A stretch of 54,752 nucleotides of DNA, filler included, from Jimgerdemannia flammicorona (taxonomy: Eukaryota), in assembly GCA_003990765.1 (NCBI GenBank). It is 2 parts of 2 records of this genome, joined end to end, with 100 filler letters (N's around TTAATTAATTAA, not from the genome) between each part and the next. Parts side by side here need not be neighbours in the genome. Positions count along the whole stretch, not along the records: positions 1 to 27,331 come from RBNJ01000638.1; 1 more part is not named here. One strand, 5' to 3'. This document shows, piece after piece, positions 1 to 11,900 of the stretch. The notes beneath the pieces were generated by a model. It was not told the origin of the DNA. It ran no database searches and saw only the letters and a list, made by a program, of their open reading frames with translations. The position numbers and the translations under genes are program-made. How positions within the stretch are numbered: position 1 is the stretch's first letter; every line of letters begins with the position of its first letter.

Positions 1-38
<38 letters not shown>
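1..38 (+). repeat. Poly-A tract at the contig start (possibly a LINE tail interrupting the integrase)
   Basis: 38 consecutive A directly abutting the chromodomain codons. Confidence 0.9.
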
Positions 39-40
<2 letters not shown>

Positions 41-43
<3 letters not shown>

Positions 44-217
44 GACCAAGAAGAGTACAAAGTTGAACAAATCCTCAACAAACATGGTAACAGAAACTAC
101 CCTGAGTACCTTGCCAAATGGAAAGGTTACCCAATCCATGATACAATCTGGGAACCCAAGACCAATCTTCAGAATGCTACTGACCTAGTTCAGGAATATG
201 ATTTCTTGAACAACTAG
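41..217 (+). CDS. Integrase C-terminal chromodomain (partial pol)
   Basis: Manual translation NDQEEYKVEQILNKHGNRNYPEYLAKWKGYPIHDTIWEPKTNLQNATDLVQEYDFLNN* matches the chromo motif (EY.VE.IL, YL.KWKGY, WEP..NL). Confidence 0.9.
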
Positions 218-343
218 AACCAAATATTCCACATCTATCCATATATACTATATATTATCCTCCCGAACATTATAATTATTGCAAACCAAACCAAGAACTC
301 AGCAGAACAAAATTAGAAGGCCCTGACAAGGACGTTGAAAGCT

Positions 344-356
344 AAGAAGGGGAGAG
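344..356 (+). other. Polypurine tract (plus-strand primer)
   Basis: AAGAAGGGGAGAG followed by one T and then TGT at 358. Confidence 0.75.
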
Positions 357-430
357 TTGTAAGCGTACAACCTTCAAGCCACCGAAATTACACATGACCT
401 CTGAACAAATCTGGAAATCACCTGCTTGAT

Positions 431-490
431 CACGAAGCTGAGTCAAACCGAAGTCACAGTGCACAAAGCTGAGTCAATATGAAGTCACAG
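431..490 (+). promoter_or_regulatory. Tandem ~31-bp repeat, each unit with GCTGAGTCA (Gcn4/AP-1-type TGASTCA site)
   Basis: cacgaagctgagtcaaaccgaagtcacag / cacaaagctgagtcaatatgaagtcacag; TGAGTCA at 439-445 and 470-476. Confidence 0.5.
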
Positions 491-613
491 AATATAAGAA
501 TTATACAAACAGAATCTTACCAATCAGGACCAAATGCATATATACCGAGCACCAAGATGCATCGAATCAGAGAATCAAAACAAACAACAACTACAACTTC
601 CAAACACACAAAC

Positions 614-1711
614 ATGACCACTGAGATCTACAACCGTATCCATGCTGACATTTGGAATGCCATTGTCAACCGAGCCACACCCCCTCTGCCCCTCATGAAT
701 ATCCATAGCCTGGCACTCCTCTACTTCATGGAAGCCTGATGGAATGCCCTAAACATGCTTAGCGAGGCCCACCAAATCGGACAAATCTCAAGCTACTACC
801 AGATTGGCTGCCTTCTGGAAGACATGGTTGAACACTACTATGATATAGACATTACCCAGATGTCTCAACACCAGAAGCTCATTGCCTGCAAACATCGAGA
901 ACTCTTCTACGAGTACAGTACCATTATTCCCCACCTCCGAGTTACTACCAGCGAAATGGTTGCTACTCTGTCCTATGGCCAAATCAATGACATGATACAA
1001 GAACTCAACCACAAGTACCTCAAGTACATTGAAACCACAGACAGAACCTTCCCATACCCCAATGATCAAATCCTGCAAATGCCCCAAGTTGGATATGCCA
1101 TAAAGGACATCTATGATATAATCTACTTCGATGAAGATAAAGCAGAAGACAATGATCCCTCTGACGCCGACATGACCTCTAGCCAAGGATCACTACCAAC
1201 CCTGATCACCTCGCCAACCTTGCCAATGAACTTACAACAGTTCATAACAACATACAAGACTTATTGGGACAATGACCACTGGTATGAATACCAACCCACA
1301 TTCACCCCCGACTACTTCAACTACAATGAAGAGACTGGAGAACACAACCTGTACCTCCAGACAATCCTCGAGATTGAACCAACCACTCCACCACCTGAGT
1401 ACGAGTGATATGAACCACAGCCGCCAGCTTACTACAATCCTGCAACTCATAGTGCTGTAACCTATAGAAGGTATGCAGACAGTGAATCCGATGAAAGCGA
1501 AAACAATACACTCCTCCTTCACCCACTAATACCTTATCCAGCATATGAGACAGACGATGCTATCCTGTGAGATGGAGATGAAGTTCCAATGTATTATTAT
1601 CTCAGCGAACAAGGAGAAGTAATCTGCAAACCATTATTCCTAAATGACTACTTCATCAGAGATGATGCAATCGATGGTGATGTCATTGAAGACTACCCAG
1701 ATAGCGCCTAA
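614..1711 (+). pseudogene. Accessory ORF (~365 codons, acidic C-terminal half) inside the putative LTR; function unknown
   Basis: One frame from ATG 614 to TAA 1711 broken only by in-frame TGA at 737, 1406 and 1568, consistent with CGA>TGA; joins track ORFs 479..739 and 755..1408. Confidence 0.75.
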
Positions 1712-1775
1712 AACTCATAAATAGCCTAGCAGTCATAATATAGTTAGATTAGCCTTGTACGACATAACTGTGAAC

Positions 1776-1909
1776 TGACTCAGCAGTCAGACGATCTCTT
1801 GACATATCAGATCACACTTGTACTATGTGATTGCATTCTGACTCAGCAAGGCACTTAGTGCTACATCCATATCTAGCATAGTCCAGATAGCCCCTCACTA
1901 GTATAAATA
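1776..1909 (+). promoter_or_regulatory. LTR promoter: two TGACTCAGCA sites plus a TATA box
   Basis: TGACTCA at 1776-1782 and 1839-1845; TATAAATA at 1902-1909. Confidence 0.55.
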
Positions 1910-2399
1910 CCCCCTCCCCCAGACCTCAGAATCTCAGACAGGAATAGACTCAAACACACAAGAACATTCCTGAACACTTCCCCACAATATCCCTTCACAC
2001 AAATACTCCTAGTATAGCAATATCATGAATAGCAAATAAACCTATTCCATAACCCACAAACCACTCTTAAGTAAATCTGCTCTCTATTAGATCCCACTCC
2101 TAACCCCATCACAAAATTTCCTAATTGGGTATTGTCTGCAGTGATACACCAATTCAACTAAGCTGGTCTTAGTTTCTTGAACTTTCTGAAATATGGAAAA
2201 TCCTGAATATCCAGAACTAGTCTGAGAAAGGACTTTGGTTAAGACGTCAATCTGATCTTAAAATCAATAAGCATAGAGGATGTACTCTATACAAAATTGA
2301 TCTTGACCATAAGAAAACAGTCTTCCAGAACATCCAGAATATCCAGGAAACCTTTCCAGAACTACATAATGGTTACCCTAAAAAGTAACCCTCTTATAC

Positions 2400-4812
2400 A
2401 GATCTTTTGCAATAGGGGAATCCAATCTCCCCCTCTCAACTCCATGACTCTCTTCAACCACCATGCTCTCAAGCAGTACAGCCTCTTTAGAAAGTCAACC
2501 AGCCTAAGTCCACTACTTGTCACTGGTAAGGATAAGACCTCTCAGCTGATCTGACTCCTTTTTCCAGCCTAGATCCACCTCTTGGCCAGCTTCATCAATC
2601 TCTTCACCACCCAGGCTAGAAAGTCCAGATGATAAGCCAGATACCACAACTTTGGCAGCCAGTAGATATTCAAAATTAAGACATGCCCTGTCAGAGACAA
2701 TTGGTGACCCCCCCAACTCTACAAGGCCTTCCCCCAGATTCCAACCCACTGCTCCCATCAGAGCCTAGGTAGAACTGACCCATAAACTGATAGATAGATA
2801 CTCAAGTACTGCACTGTCTCACTAGTAGAGATGATTGTTCCAATAGCCTCCCCTCCCATCAGACCATTGCCTAACACCATTGTTTTGCACTTATACCAAT
2901 TAAGTTTAGCCCCAGAGTTCTCCTCATACTACTCCACTGTCTCCTTAAGCTCCTCAACATCAGCAATTAATCCCAGGCCAACTACTATATTATCTGCAAA
3001 GGCCCCTACTTTCCACCCAATGCCAAAGATGGAGAGCCCTACTATCTTCTGCTGAATTCAATCCATTAAGAGTTCTAGGGAAAGAGCATACAGAATGAGA
3101 GACAGTGGGTCTCCCTGGGGTACCCCCCTACTGAGGGAAAATGCTACCCCTCTATGTCCATTACATATGAGTGCAGCCTTACTCTCTTCCAGTAGGCTGA
3201 CTATTGCTAACCTGAACTAGTGCAGAACCCTAGTCTTATCCAATACTTTTGCTAGCCAGACTCACCTCACCTGGTCATAAGCCTTTTCCTGATCCAAAAA
3301 GACCAGTCATCCATCCAATCCACTAGCTTGTGCCTCTTCAATAACTCCATGTACCCAGACTATGCCATCCCTAATGAGCTGGCCTCCTACAAAGCCCCTC
3401 TGCTCAACACTCAAGACTTACTGGACCACCTTTTATAATCTTGTAATCACCACCTTAGTGACCAACTTTCTGTCCATATCCAGTAGCATAATTGGCCTCT
3501 AGTTCTTCCAGTCTACTCACCTTCCTTTGTTCTTGAAAAGTAATATCACCAACTCCAGATCTTATTCCCCCACCCATCTCCCTGATTGTAAAATAAAATC
3601 ACACAATGCTGTCATCTCACTCAGTACTCCTGGGACTTCTACCATCTTCTTTCAGAAGTCCCAGGGCAAACTATTCTCCCCAGGTGCTGTACCCAGTATT
3701 ATTGTAGCAAGAACCTGATGAATCTTCTCTTCTTGTACTGGCAATACCAAGTCTCCCAATCCATCTACTTATAGAAGGTGCCAGTCCTCTAATGCTTGGT
3801 CAATGGCATCAGCATCTGCCCCACCCTTCTCCTCATTCTACAATCCACTCCAATGCTTCTTTAAAAATCCAAGAATGTCTTGTATACTATATATCAGTAT
3901 ATCATTAGAGTCAAGCACCCCCTCCCACCTTTGCTGTACCCTTTGTACCTAAAGGACTCTCATGAGATACTTCAAGGGTCTCTCCCCTTCTTCCAAATCC
4001 TGTCAATGGAGCCACATCACCAAACTCTATATCTTTGTCTCTTCCTCTTCCTGCAATACCTATTATAGTTTACCAACCTCCATTTTCACTCTTCTTGATC
4101 TCCAATTCTCCTCCCCCTCCAATGTCACCAGTCTCACCCAATCCTCTAAGAGTCTAGACAGTCTACTAGAGGCCCATCTCACCCATTACCTCTTCTGTTT
4201 CCCAGCCTCCTTGCCAGCCTCCCTCCAGTAGGTTCTGGTCATCTCTTTCATCCACATCCATCAAACACCAACTGGGGCACCTTCCTGTCTCCAGCACTCC
4301 ACTCTCAATTGAATATCCATAACCCACTTATCTCACCAGAACTTATCATCTAATAAGGAGAAATTGAGGCACCAATGTCCAGGCCCATCCCTACTCCCCC
4401 CAAAATGCCCCTGTCCTAAAAGCCTCCAATGATCTGACCAAGGACACCATTCCACCTCCAGTGACTTCCAAACATCCAAGCCCCAGCAGCCAACTATCAG
4501 AATCCAATCAATTCTCATCCCCAGGCCCCCTGCCCAATGTGTGTATACCTTCCTATCTCCCCAGTACTCCCTACCGGCATCTATTAGAGCACTCAGCCTT
4601 TCCACTTCCTTCCATGCTGCCAGTCCTCCACTCTGACCCTCAGCTCTCTGTCCTCTATCTGTTCTATCCAACAGTACATCTCGGACCATATTGAAGTCTC
4701 CACCAAGCATATCCACCCCAGCCTCCACAAGGGTCCCACTCTCCTGAAGGCCCTTCACCCAATCCACATGCTCGCCCCATACAGCAGGGCAGTAACAGGA
4801 GCCCACTGTGAC
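2400..4812 (-). mobile_element. Degenerate 5'-truncated L1/Tx1-like non-LTR retrotransposon (ORF2 APE-RT fragment)
   Basis: APE motifs LGGDFNM, RIDWIL, WSDH (4333-4806); RT motifs GVPQGDPLS (~3100-3130) and FADN (~2990, decayed FADD); GLRLVDF near 2500; many stops; boundaries approximate. Confidence 0.9.
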
Positions 4813-5293
4813 TGGCTCCTATCCTGCACCCGGCAGTGACAATAACGGCCTCATGCTCGCCCGCGGTCCGACCAACCAGTTTCCTGCGTGGGCCTTCCCC
4901 CTGGCCCGGTCGTCGCGCACTACCAGGCCAGGCAGATCGTCGTCTACAAATGGGAGATCGGCGCCGCGCACCTGGGTCCCTGCTTCCTCGAGCTGAGCAC
5001 TGACCCCCAGAGCAGCCAATTCCGCGTCCCACGCACCGACAACCATGGCGCAGATGTCACCGGCAATAACTTCCAGAACACCTTCCAGTTCCCCGCCCGA
5101 CATCACTTGCAACCACTGTGTCCCGCGCCTCAGGTGGCTGGCTAAGTGCGACGAGACCTACATCAACTGTGCTGTCGGAGGAGCGTCCATCGCATCCCAG
5201 GAGGACCTCAAGGATCGTGATTCTCGGAAGGGGGATGGGAAAGGGGAAGGGGAGGAAGCAGGCTCGTCGTCGCGTGATCTGAGGCGTGGATAG
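4813..5293 (+). pseudogene. Lytic polysaccharide monooxygenase (LPMO)-like gene remnant, N-terminally truncated and frameshifted
   Basis: Joining frames gives YPAP..NNGLM..GPTNQFP(C)VGLPPGPVVAHYQARQIVVYKWEIGAAHLGPCFLELS...FP(A)DITCNHCVPRLRWLAKCDETYINCA; HxGPC, TCxxCxxRxxW and ExYxNCA are LPMO-type motifs; frameshifts near 4885 and 5097. Confidence 0.6.
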
Positions 5294-5735
5294 GATAGAC
5301 GTGCGTAGCGCGGCTTTCTTTCTTGAAGCAGTTTTGCTATTAGTTATTGACATATATTTTCAAATATATTGCTTAACAAACCCAAACATCAGCTTAATAC
5401 GTAGCGAATGGTGAAAAATAAACAAATAAATAAATTGCAAGGCAATGTTGGTTCGGCAATTCGAAGAAACCATTGCCGACGTTAATCGTTTACATTCGCA
5501 CGCAGTCTCCATGGATAACATGTTCGCCTAAGCTGTATTGTTGCGGGGTACGAAAAGAGAACTACACTGTCACTCTTGAGATAGGGAACAGAACAGCATC
5601 GACCTTTGAACTTCAAGAGTAGCCATGGAGATTAAGCGTCAACGTTTGGAGGTGAATTCGGACGGTGTTTAGATCGCGCCATAGAGACTAATGGCAGGTT
5701 GCATTCACGTATGCACAGTGAAATGTGCGCGATCG

Positions 5736-5772
<37 letters not shown>
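5736..5772 (+). repeat. Poly-A homopolymer (37 nt)
   Basis: Direct observation. Confidence 0.95.
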
Positions 5773-5774
<2 letters not shown>

Positions 5775-6087
5775 ACACTCGAACGGCAATTACTAGACTG
5801 CAGTGTAAGATCATAAACTCGATCACGTTTGTGCAGACCTACCAACACGACCATCATAGATACGGCACGATGAAGACGTGGCGATCTCACTGAGATTGTC
5901 ACTTTTATATTATAATAGGGTTAACAATTATTTGGACAGAGTAAAATACATCGCCATCGAATTGATACCGTGCAACGTTCGAGCGAAAAGCAACAGTAGT
6001 CAAGGCCTAATCATATCAAAGAACGTAAAATACGCTAGCTATTCATACACAGGTGGGAGCGTGATATCGCGGGGAGAGAAGCGTCAC

Positions 6088-7078
6088 TCAAGCGGAGGCC
6101 TGTGAGGCGACCGGAGCCGGATTCGACCCGCAACACGACCCACCCTGCTCATTACTCGGATGATGCATTTTTAACGGGTCGACCGGATTTAACCCGCCCT
6201 TCTTGCCGTATTTGACGGCCGGATCGAAAGCCAGCATGCTGCCGTTAGTATGTTTGCTCTGGCTGGGCACATCCAACCCCGGATTCGCGTTGAAAAAGTT
6301 GCACGGCTTGAGCGAGAAGCCGCACGTTTCCACTGGCATTACAGGGAAATCTTCGACGCGCGGAAGGCTGCGGATGAATAAGAGTAAGAGACTCGAGATT
6401 TCCGTTACATATCCCCAGGTGATTGCGCACGTCCCCCAACTTACTGCGTCACGCCAAACGTCAGCCAGATGACGATGTCCTCATTGTTAACGTTCTTCTT
6501 GGTCTTGGTCCATTCCGGGAGGCCGTCGCCGCCTTCGTTTTGGTTGCAATAGAACCCGGCGGCGAACATCTGCTCGTCGTCGTATTGGGTAACCCACAGA
6601 TTTTTACGGGCGAATCCTGCGCGACGTTCCACGATTGATCCGGGCTTCGCGAACAGCGGGGGTGTGTGCATGCAGGCTAGAATCGTAGTGATATTTTGTT
6701 AATGTTTATTTATCTCATATGCAACGCCCCCTCCAATAATAATGATAATAATGACATACATATTTTATATCCGACCGGTTTCCTTGTGTAAGGATTGATC
6801 GAACTGGGGTTTATGATCTTCCAGAACCTGCTCGTGGCCGTATTCGCGTCGGCTTGCGCAGCGTCGGTGTCTTCGAGGAGCTTCTGTTTGGCAACGAAAC
6901 CGTTGCCCCAACGGTTTTCGGGCGAGCCGACTGGGGCCTCTACCGGCATCGTGTCCACTTGGAGGACAGAGTTGTTGACGCCATCTATCATGGGGTCCAG
7001 ACGCATTACAAAGAAATGCTGCGAACGAAAATAATTTAAATTGACAGGAATTCAGCGAATGCGCAAAGCGAAACAAAA

Positions 7079-7123
<45 letters not shown>

Positions 7124-8895
7124 GATAGGGCACGAAGAACATATTTCGAGGATTGCTTGATCTACCTGATGGTGCGGCGCATTGATCTGCGGCGCGACAA
7201 TCGTGCCAAAATCTCCCGGGTCCTCGTCCTCGGCGAGAACGGTGGTATTGAGCTCACCGGTTGCCTTCACTTCGTACTCAATGGTGCCATCCTGGTTGAA
7301 ATACCAGTAGAGCGCGTAATCATAGTTGGCTATAGAAAATAAAGAAGAAAAAATTAGCGCAATGACTATTTTCCACGAAAAAGGAAAATCGCGGTCATCT
7401 TACCAACTGTGACTATTTGAGAGACGACTAAGCGTCTCCCTCGCACGACGTGCGCGCGGCCACTACGGTAGTCAGTGTGCTTGAAAAGCAGACCGCGGTC
7501 TTCCTCATGCAGGCAGATGGCCTGGGGAACAATGAAGGGCCGGCCCTCGTGGTCGTTCATGACCGCGTCGAAGTAATGGATGGTGCCTAGGCAGTCGCAA
7601 CCCAATGCCAGGGAGTTGGTGCAGAGGCCGAGGCCATACTCTCCGACATCAAAAGCATGCTTGCGGTAGTGAGGCGACTCCGGGTCGGCATACGGAACGA
7701 CCTATAGAGGTGGTGTAGGATTTCGTGAGTGTGTGCGCGGAGAACGAAAGAATTATGGTTGCTCGCGTGGGAGGTGTAATACCATTTCGGACATGGACAT
7801 TCTGAAGAACAAAGGTCTCAGTTTGTCGCCGTCCTGATAGGTGACGTTGTGGATCACCAGCCCTTCACGGTAGTTGAAGCTAGAAAAATTTAGGTTTATA
7901 ATTTGAGTATGCTAATTTCAATTGCCTTTCATCCAACGACGAAGCCAAGCCATACCTGATCTGGAACTTGTACTTCTGCCAGGCAATCTGGTTGCCGTCG
8001 ACAGTGAAGCTGACACCCTCTGGTTGTAGTACTTGGATGGGCTTGATGTCCGTTCTCATCGTTTTAGGATCAAGAAATTCCGGCAGGAAATTGTGGTTTT
8101 CCATCGGGATGACCGGGCGAGTGAATTTGCTGCTTTTCGGAGGAATTCTCTCAACCTCAATGACCTTCATCAAGGTCACATCTAAATCATGCGCGTATGT
8201 TAGTTGCTGCAATGGCCGAGGTGTTGCGTGTAATGATTGTATGGTTTATTATTGATTTGAAAGTTCGTCGTCATGACGCTCGGTATACAAGTGCGGTTGC
8301 ATACAGCGTACGTACCGACAACAGGAACAAAGTCCAGTGGGTGCGCGTATTGGTTATCGTCCTCGAAGTTGCGATAGTACATGAGGGCGGTGAGCAAGCG
8401 CCTATCGGCACCCTTGTATTTCTCGATGTGCCCGATGGCCCAAGGATCGGCGTATACGTTGTTCATGTCGATGCCGAGCTCACGGCATTCAGCCTGCACG
8501 GCTTCATCTTGCAAAATTAGAGCCTCCACCGTCAATACCTCCTCGGCGGTGATGATGGGTTGGACGCCGGGGATGTGAATCCAAGAAGCGAGTGAATTGT
8601 CATCGAGGGAAACAATGGCCTCGTACACCATGCCAACCTCCTTTTCGATGATGACGACGAACGCCTCTCGCGGAACGGTGACGTTCGATTTCGACGTTCC
8701 TTCCTCCAGATGGTCGTAACCGAGATATTTGAGCATGAGCTTTTTTGGTGGCTCCTTGAGGGTTATAGTGTTGAAGATGATATCCATTTCGGGTTTGGCG
8801 CTCCGAAGGATGTTAGCAGTCGCCACAACTTCTTCGGCCGACAAAGGGTCGAGCGGGTGAGGCTTGCGAAGGTCCGTCTTGGCGCCGTCAGACAT
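6088..8895 (-). CDS. Copper-containing (TPQ) primary amine oxidase, 8 exons, 711 aa
   Basis: Exons 8895-8316, 8181-7956, 7879-7783, 7701-7404, 7329-7166, 7018-6760, 6676-6445 and 6367-6088 (2136 nt, all GT-AG). Motifs: HPLDPLS, FNYREG, AFDVGEYGLG (catalytic Asp), TVANYDY (TPQ), HQH and GVTH (Cu ligands), PRVEDFPVMP. Confidence 0.96.
7080..7122. repeat. Intronic poly-A/T tract in amine oxidase intron 5
   Basis: 43-nt A run within intron 7019-7165. Confidence 0.95.
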
Positions 8896-8978
8896 GATAA
8901 TTTTTTTCTAGGTGAGTGGATTGTCTTGCAAAAGGAGGATGGATACGATGTGCGGGTGTAGACGAGATAAGGCCTCCT

Positions 8979-8986
8979 AATATATA
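8979..8986 (-). promoter_or_regulatory. Candidate TATA element of the amine oxidase gene
   Basis: TATATATT on the minus strand ~85 nt upstream of the ATG. Confidence 0.4.
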
Positions 8987-11900
8987 GCCTTGGTGTTCCG
9001 AACCAGGACAAGGACTCGGGCCTGGAAACGCAGGACCTTCCTAATAAGGATAGATGAACCCACATGACTATCCAGCAGTCCCAATTCACGAGCTGTCAAC
9101 CCGTTCCAACCCTCGACCGCTTGGCTCAAGACCCCACTTAAGCCGTGCGATCGCTTGTCCATCGGACCGTCGGTGCGATTCTACCTGGAGAAGCATAAAT
9201 ATAGAAGGTGATCGCATGTCCGCAAGAACTGGACCCTCACATGGCGTCCAGGGAAAATAAACAAACGTCATATCGTCGGTGCGCAATAAATTGCAGGCGG
9301 TCACACGTAAACGTGCTCACGCAGGCGTTGTGCTCCCCCCAACCCGATAACGGCGCTGATGCCGTATCTGCGCGGTGCCGGCCGAATCGCTAATCAATGG
9401 TTTCCGTTGAGCTGGTTGATCACTGCTTCCCCGAGGGTCGGGATGTTCTCAGCTCGCTCATGGGAGGCCGGCGCAGAAAGAATGGGCAGAGTACTGTTTC
9501 GTGATGTGTTGGAGCAACCAAGAGGCGACCTCGTTGACTCATTGAATAACATCCTTCTTGGAAGGTGGTCCCACTATCGTGAGAAACGACTCTTTGGAAA
9601 ATTAGGTTGATGAGTCATGGGATCCAAATACAAGTCCGGTTTGTAAGCCAATGATGACCCATGGACAAGGAAACGAGATCCACATGTGAAAAAGGCAACA
9701 TCGTTTTTGTCTTTGCCTTGAAAAGACTCGAACGCTCTATGATGAATTTGTGAAAGTCAGATAATTGCGCACTTATGTGCGACTGTCAAGAATACTATCT
9801 CAACCTATATAATTAATATAATTAATTCACACCTGTCAATTCCGGGATGGTCACGCTACCATTGTCTCAGATACGCCCGAAGCTGCCGATGTATGAAGAT
9901 GATTGCATTTGCAATCTTACAGGCGTCGCATGCGAAGTCCGAGAGCATCGGCATTGATTAGGTTCAATACGAAACCATCTCAAACTCAACCAATTATCTG
10001 CACGACTAGTTTTTCTAGGGTTCAATTGCATACTCATAGGTTGGTCTCTTTTTCCGAAAGGGTAAGAGTTTCGCCATCATATTGCTTTATAGAACTTTTC
10101 TATGATAATTTGAAGCCATAGGTCAACAGGTTGAATCATATTAATTATGCAACGCTGGTACCCACACCAACATTAGTTAAAACAGAAAGTCGGGAACCGT
10201 AGTGATTTCTTTTGCCTCCCTCTCCAAGCCAAGTGGACGGCCACGTCATTTACAATAAATCCCAAGTTATGAACTTTATATTACTGTCTGATGCTAACCT
10301 TCTAGAGTTAGTGGATTCGGGCGCAATGTATTGACCTGAGAGAAGTGTGTTAAGGGGGGAGGTTGCTATGGAGAGGTATTAACACCTATTTGAACTTCAC
10401 ATTCGACTGGCGTAAGTCATCTGCTGATTAGTTTATCGGATCAACTTACTCGCACTCTCGCGCATTGGAATCACCGAAAAGACGGGAAATCGTCAAAATA
10501 GCTTTCAACTTGCCGCTGCTCGAAAAGGACCTTGGCTCTTCGCCGGCAATACCGGAGGCGTTCAAGTCGCGCGCATATTGCAACGGCGGATACATGAGAT
10601 ACACCCTGAGGCATTGATACCTCCAGTGCACACGGTTATTGTGGTCATTAATCCTTGGTGATGAGTATTTGGTCAACTTGCCTTCGTGGCCCTCCTTCCA
10701 GCAGATTGTTGCACGAGCAATGACCTGTTTAACGAGAAAGAAAAAAAAAGGTTACCATCGCTGTTTTCATGGATAACACTGGGGCCGAGCCTTTAGAGTA
10801 GACCTCAATTAATGAGTTGTAGATTAATGAACTTCATCGGAGTGGTTGCGAAGTGTTGTCTCACTCTCAAACGTATTTGAGAATGCTGTTTACGAAAGAG
10901 TACAAATTGTTGATCGATCTCCTCGCTGACACTCAATTTCTTGCGGGATGAAAATAATGTCTTCGTGTCTGCGCCCAGCTGAGCACTCTAGCGGTTATTT
11001 TGTCCGAATTGCTACATTGTGTCAGTAGGACACAAGGAGGAGGTCTCTCGAAAAGAGCCCCAGGATTTCCATGTAGTCAAGACCTTCTTCGGATATCACG
11101 CGCATGTCAACAGACTCAACCCTAGACATTTCTGATTGATCTACATTAATGTCGCCTTGCTTGAAAGACATATCTATATCAAACATCACAGTTGTTCTTG
11201 GTGGGGCAGCCAAAATTTCGCTGTTGGCGAGAGTCTGTACAAGTTAGAATGTTCAAATTGATAAATATACGGAGGATTCGATCAGCCCTCCCGAAAGCTT
11301 GATGGCAAATTTTGCGGTTCATGGTTAGTGAGCTCAGGAATTTCGACTTGTCACTGCTAGGGACGTTGACCATCCAGAGGTTGAGGTGGACAGCTATGTC
11401 CTTCCTCTCCTGCTTGATCAGTCAGTCTTCCTATTCTGACAGAAAGCCCGGCCCACAGTGTTGCCATGAGCCAGGCAGTAGAAAGTAGGCATAGCATGCA
11501 AAGTTTTTATACAGGTAAACCTAATAGATTATGTCAAGCACTTGCAATAGCTCAAGTCAGGGAAGAGTTCGTGGGGCGGTGAACGAAACAGAGGCCACAA
11601 ACGAGGTTGCTTGATCAAGGTCAGCTAATCTCCATATCAGTGACAGAGACACTGGTAATACGTAAGCACAAAAGTGCAGCGGTGAGGGAAGGGAAGGGGC
11701 GCAGGGAAAAGTTAATGGAATGGAAACATGATACAAATGACGAGAACGCCACACTATACGTGTTTACTGCTCGGTATCCGCTACTCCCACCAGCTCTTCC
11801 CGCCTACCTACCCCGACTCCTCTTTCTCCTTTCACAATTGAAACTTTGTCCGTCTTTCCAGCCGGTCAATCCAGTGTCATGTCTCCAGAGGCGACGCGAA

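Larger units (their letters stand above)
39..2113 (+). mobile_element. 3' portion of a chromoviral Ty3/gypsy LTR retrotransposon (chromodomain, PPT, 3' LTR)
   Basis: Chromodomain ending in TAG at 217, purine tract 344-356, then a TGT...ACA-bounded segment with TATA and AATAAA. Confidence 0.8.
358..2113 (+). repeat. Putative long 3' LTR (~1.76 kb)
   Basis: Starts TGTAAG right after the PPT and ends CATCACA; TATAAATA at 1902-1909 and AATAAA at 2035-2040; the 5' LTR is not in the window, so boundaries are unconfirmed. Confidence 0.6.

Noticed and set aside
614..1711. TGA recoding (Sec/Trp or alternative genetic code) in the LTR ORF
   Set aside because: Host genes here end in TGA, and CGA>TGA decay is pervasive in all repeats of the window
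5699..5902. Poly-Lys and poly-Phe ORFs (also near 7080, 12410 and 24150)
   Set aside because: Translations of non-coding homopolymer tracts
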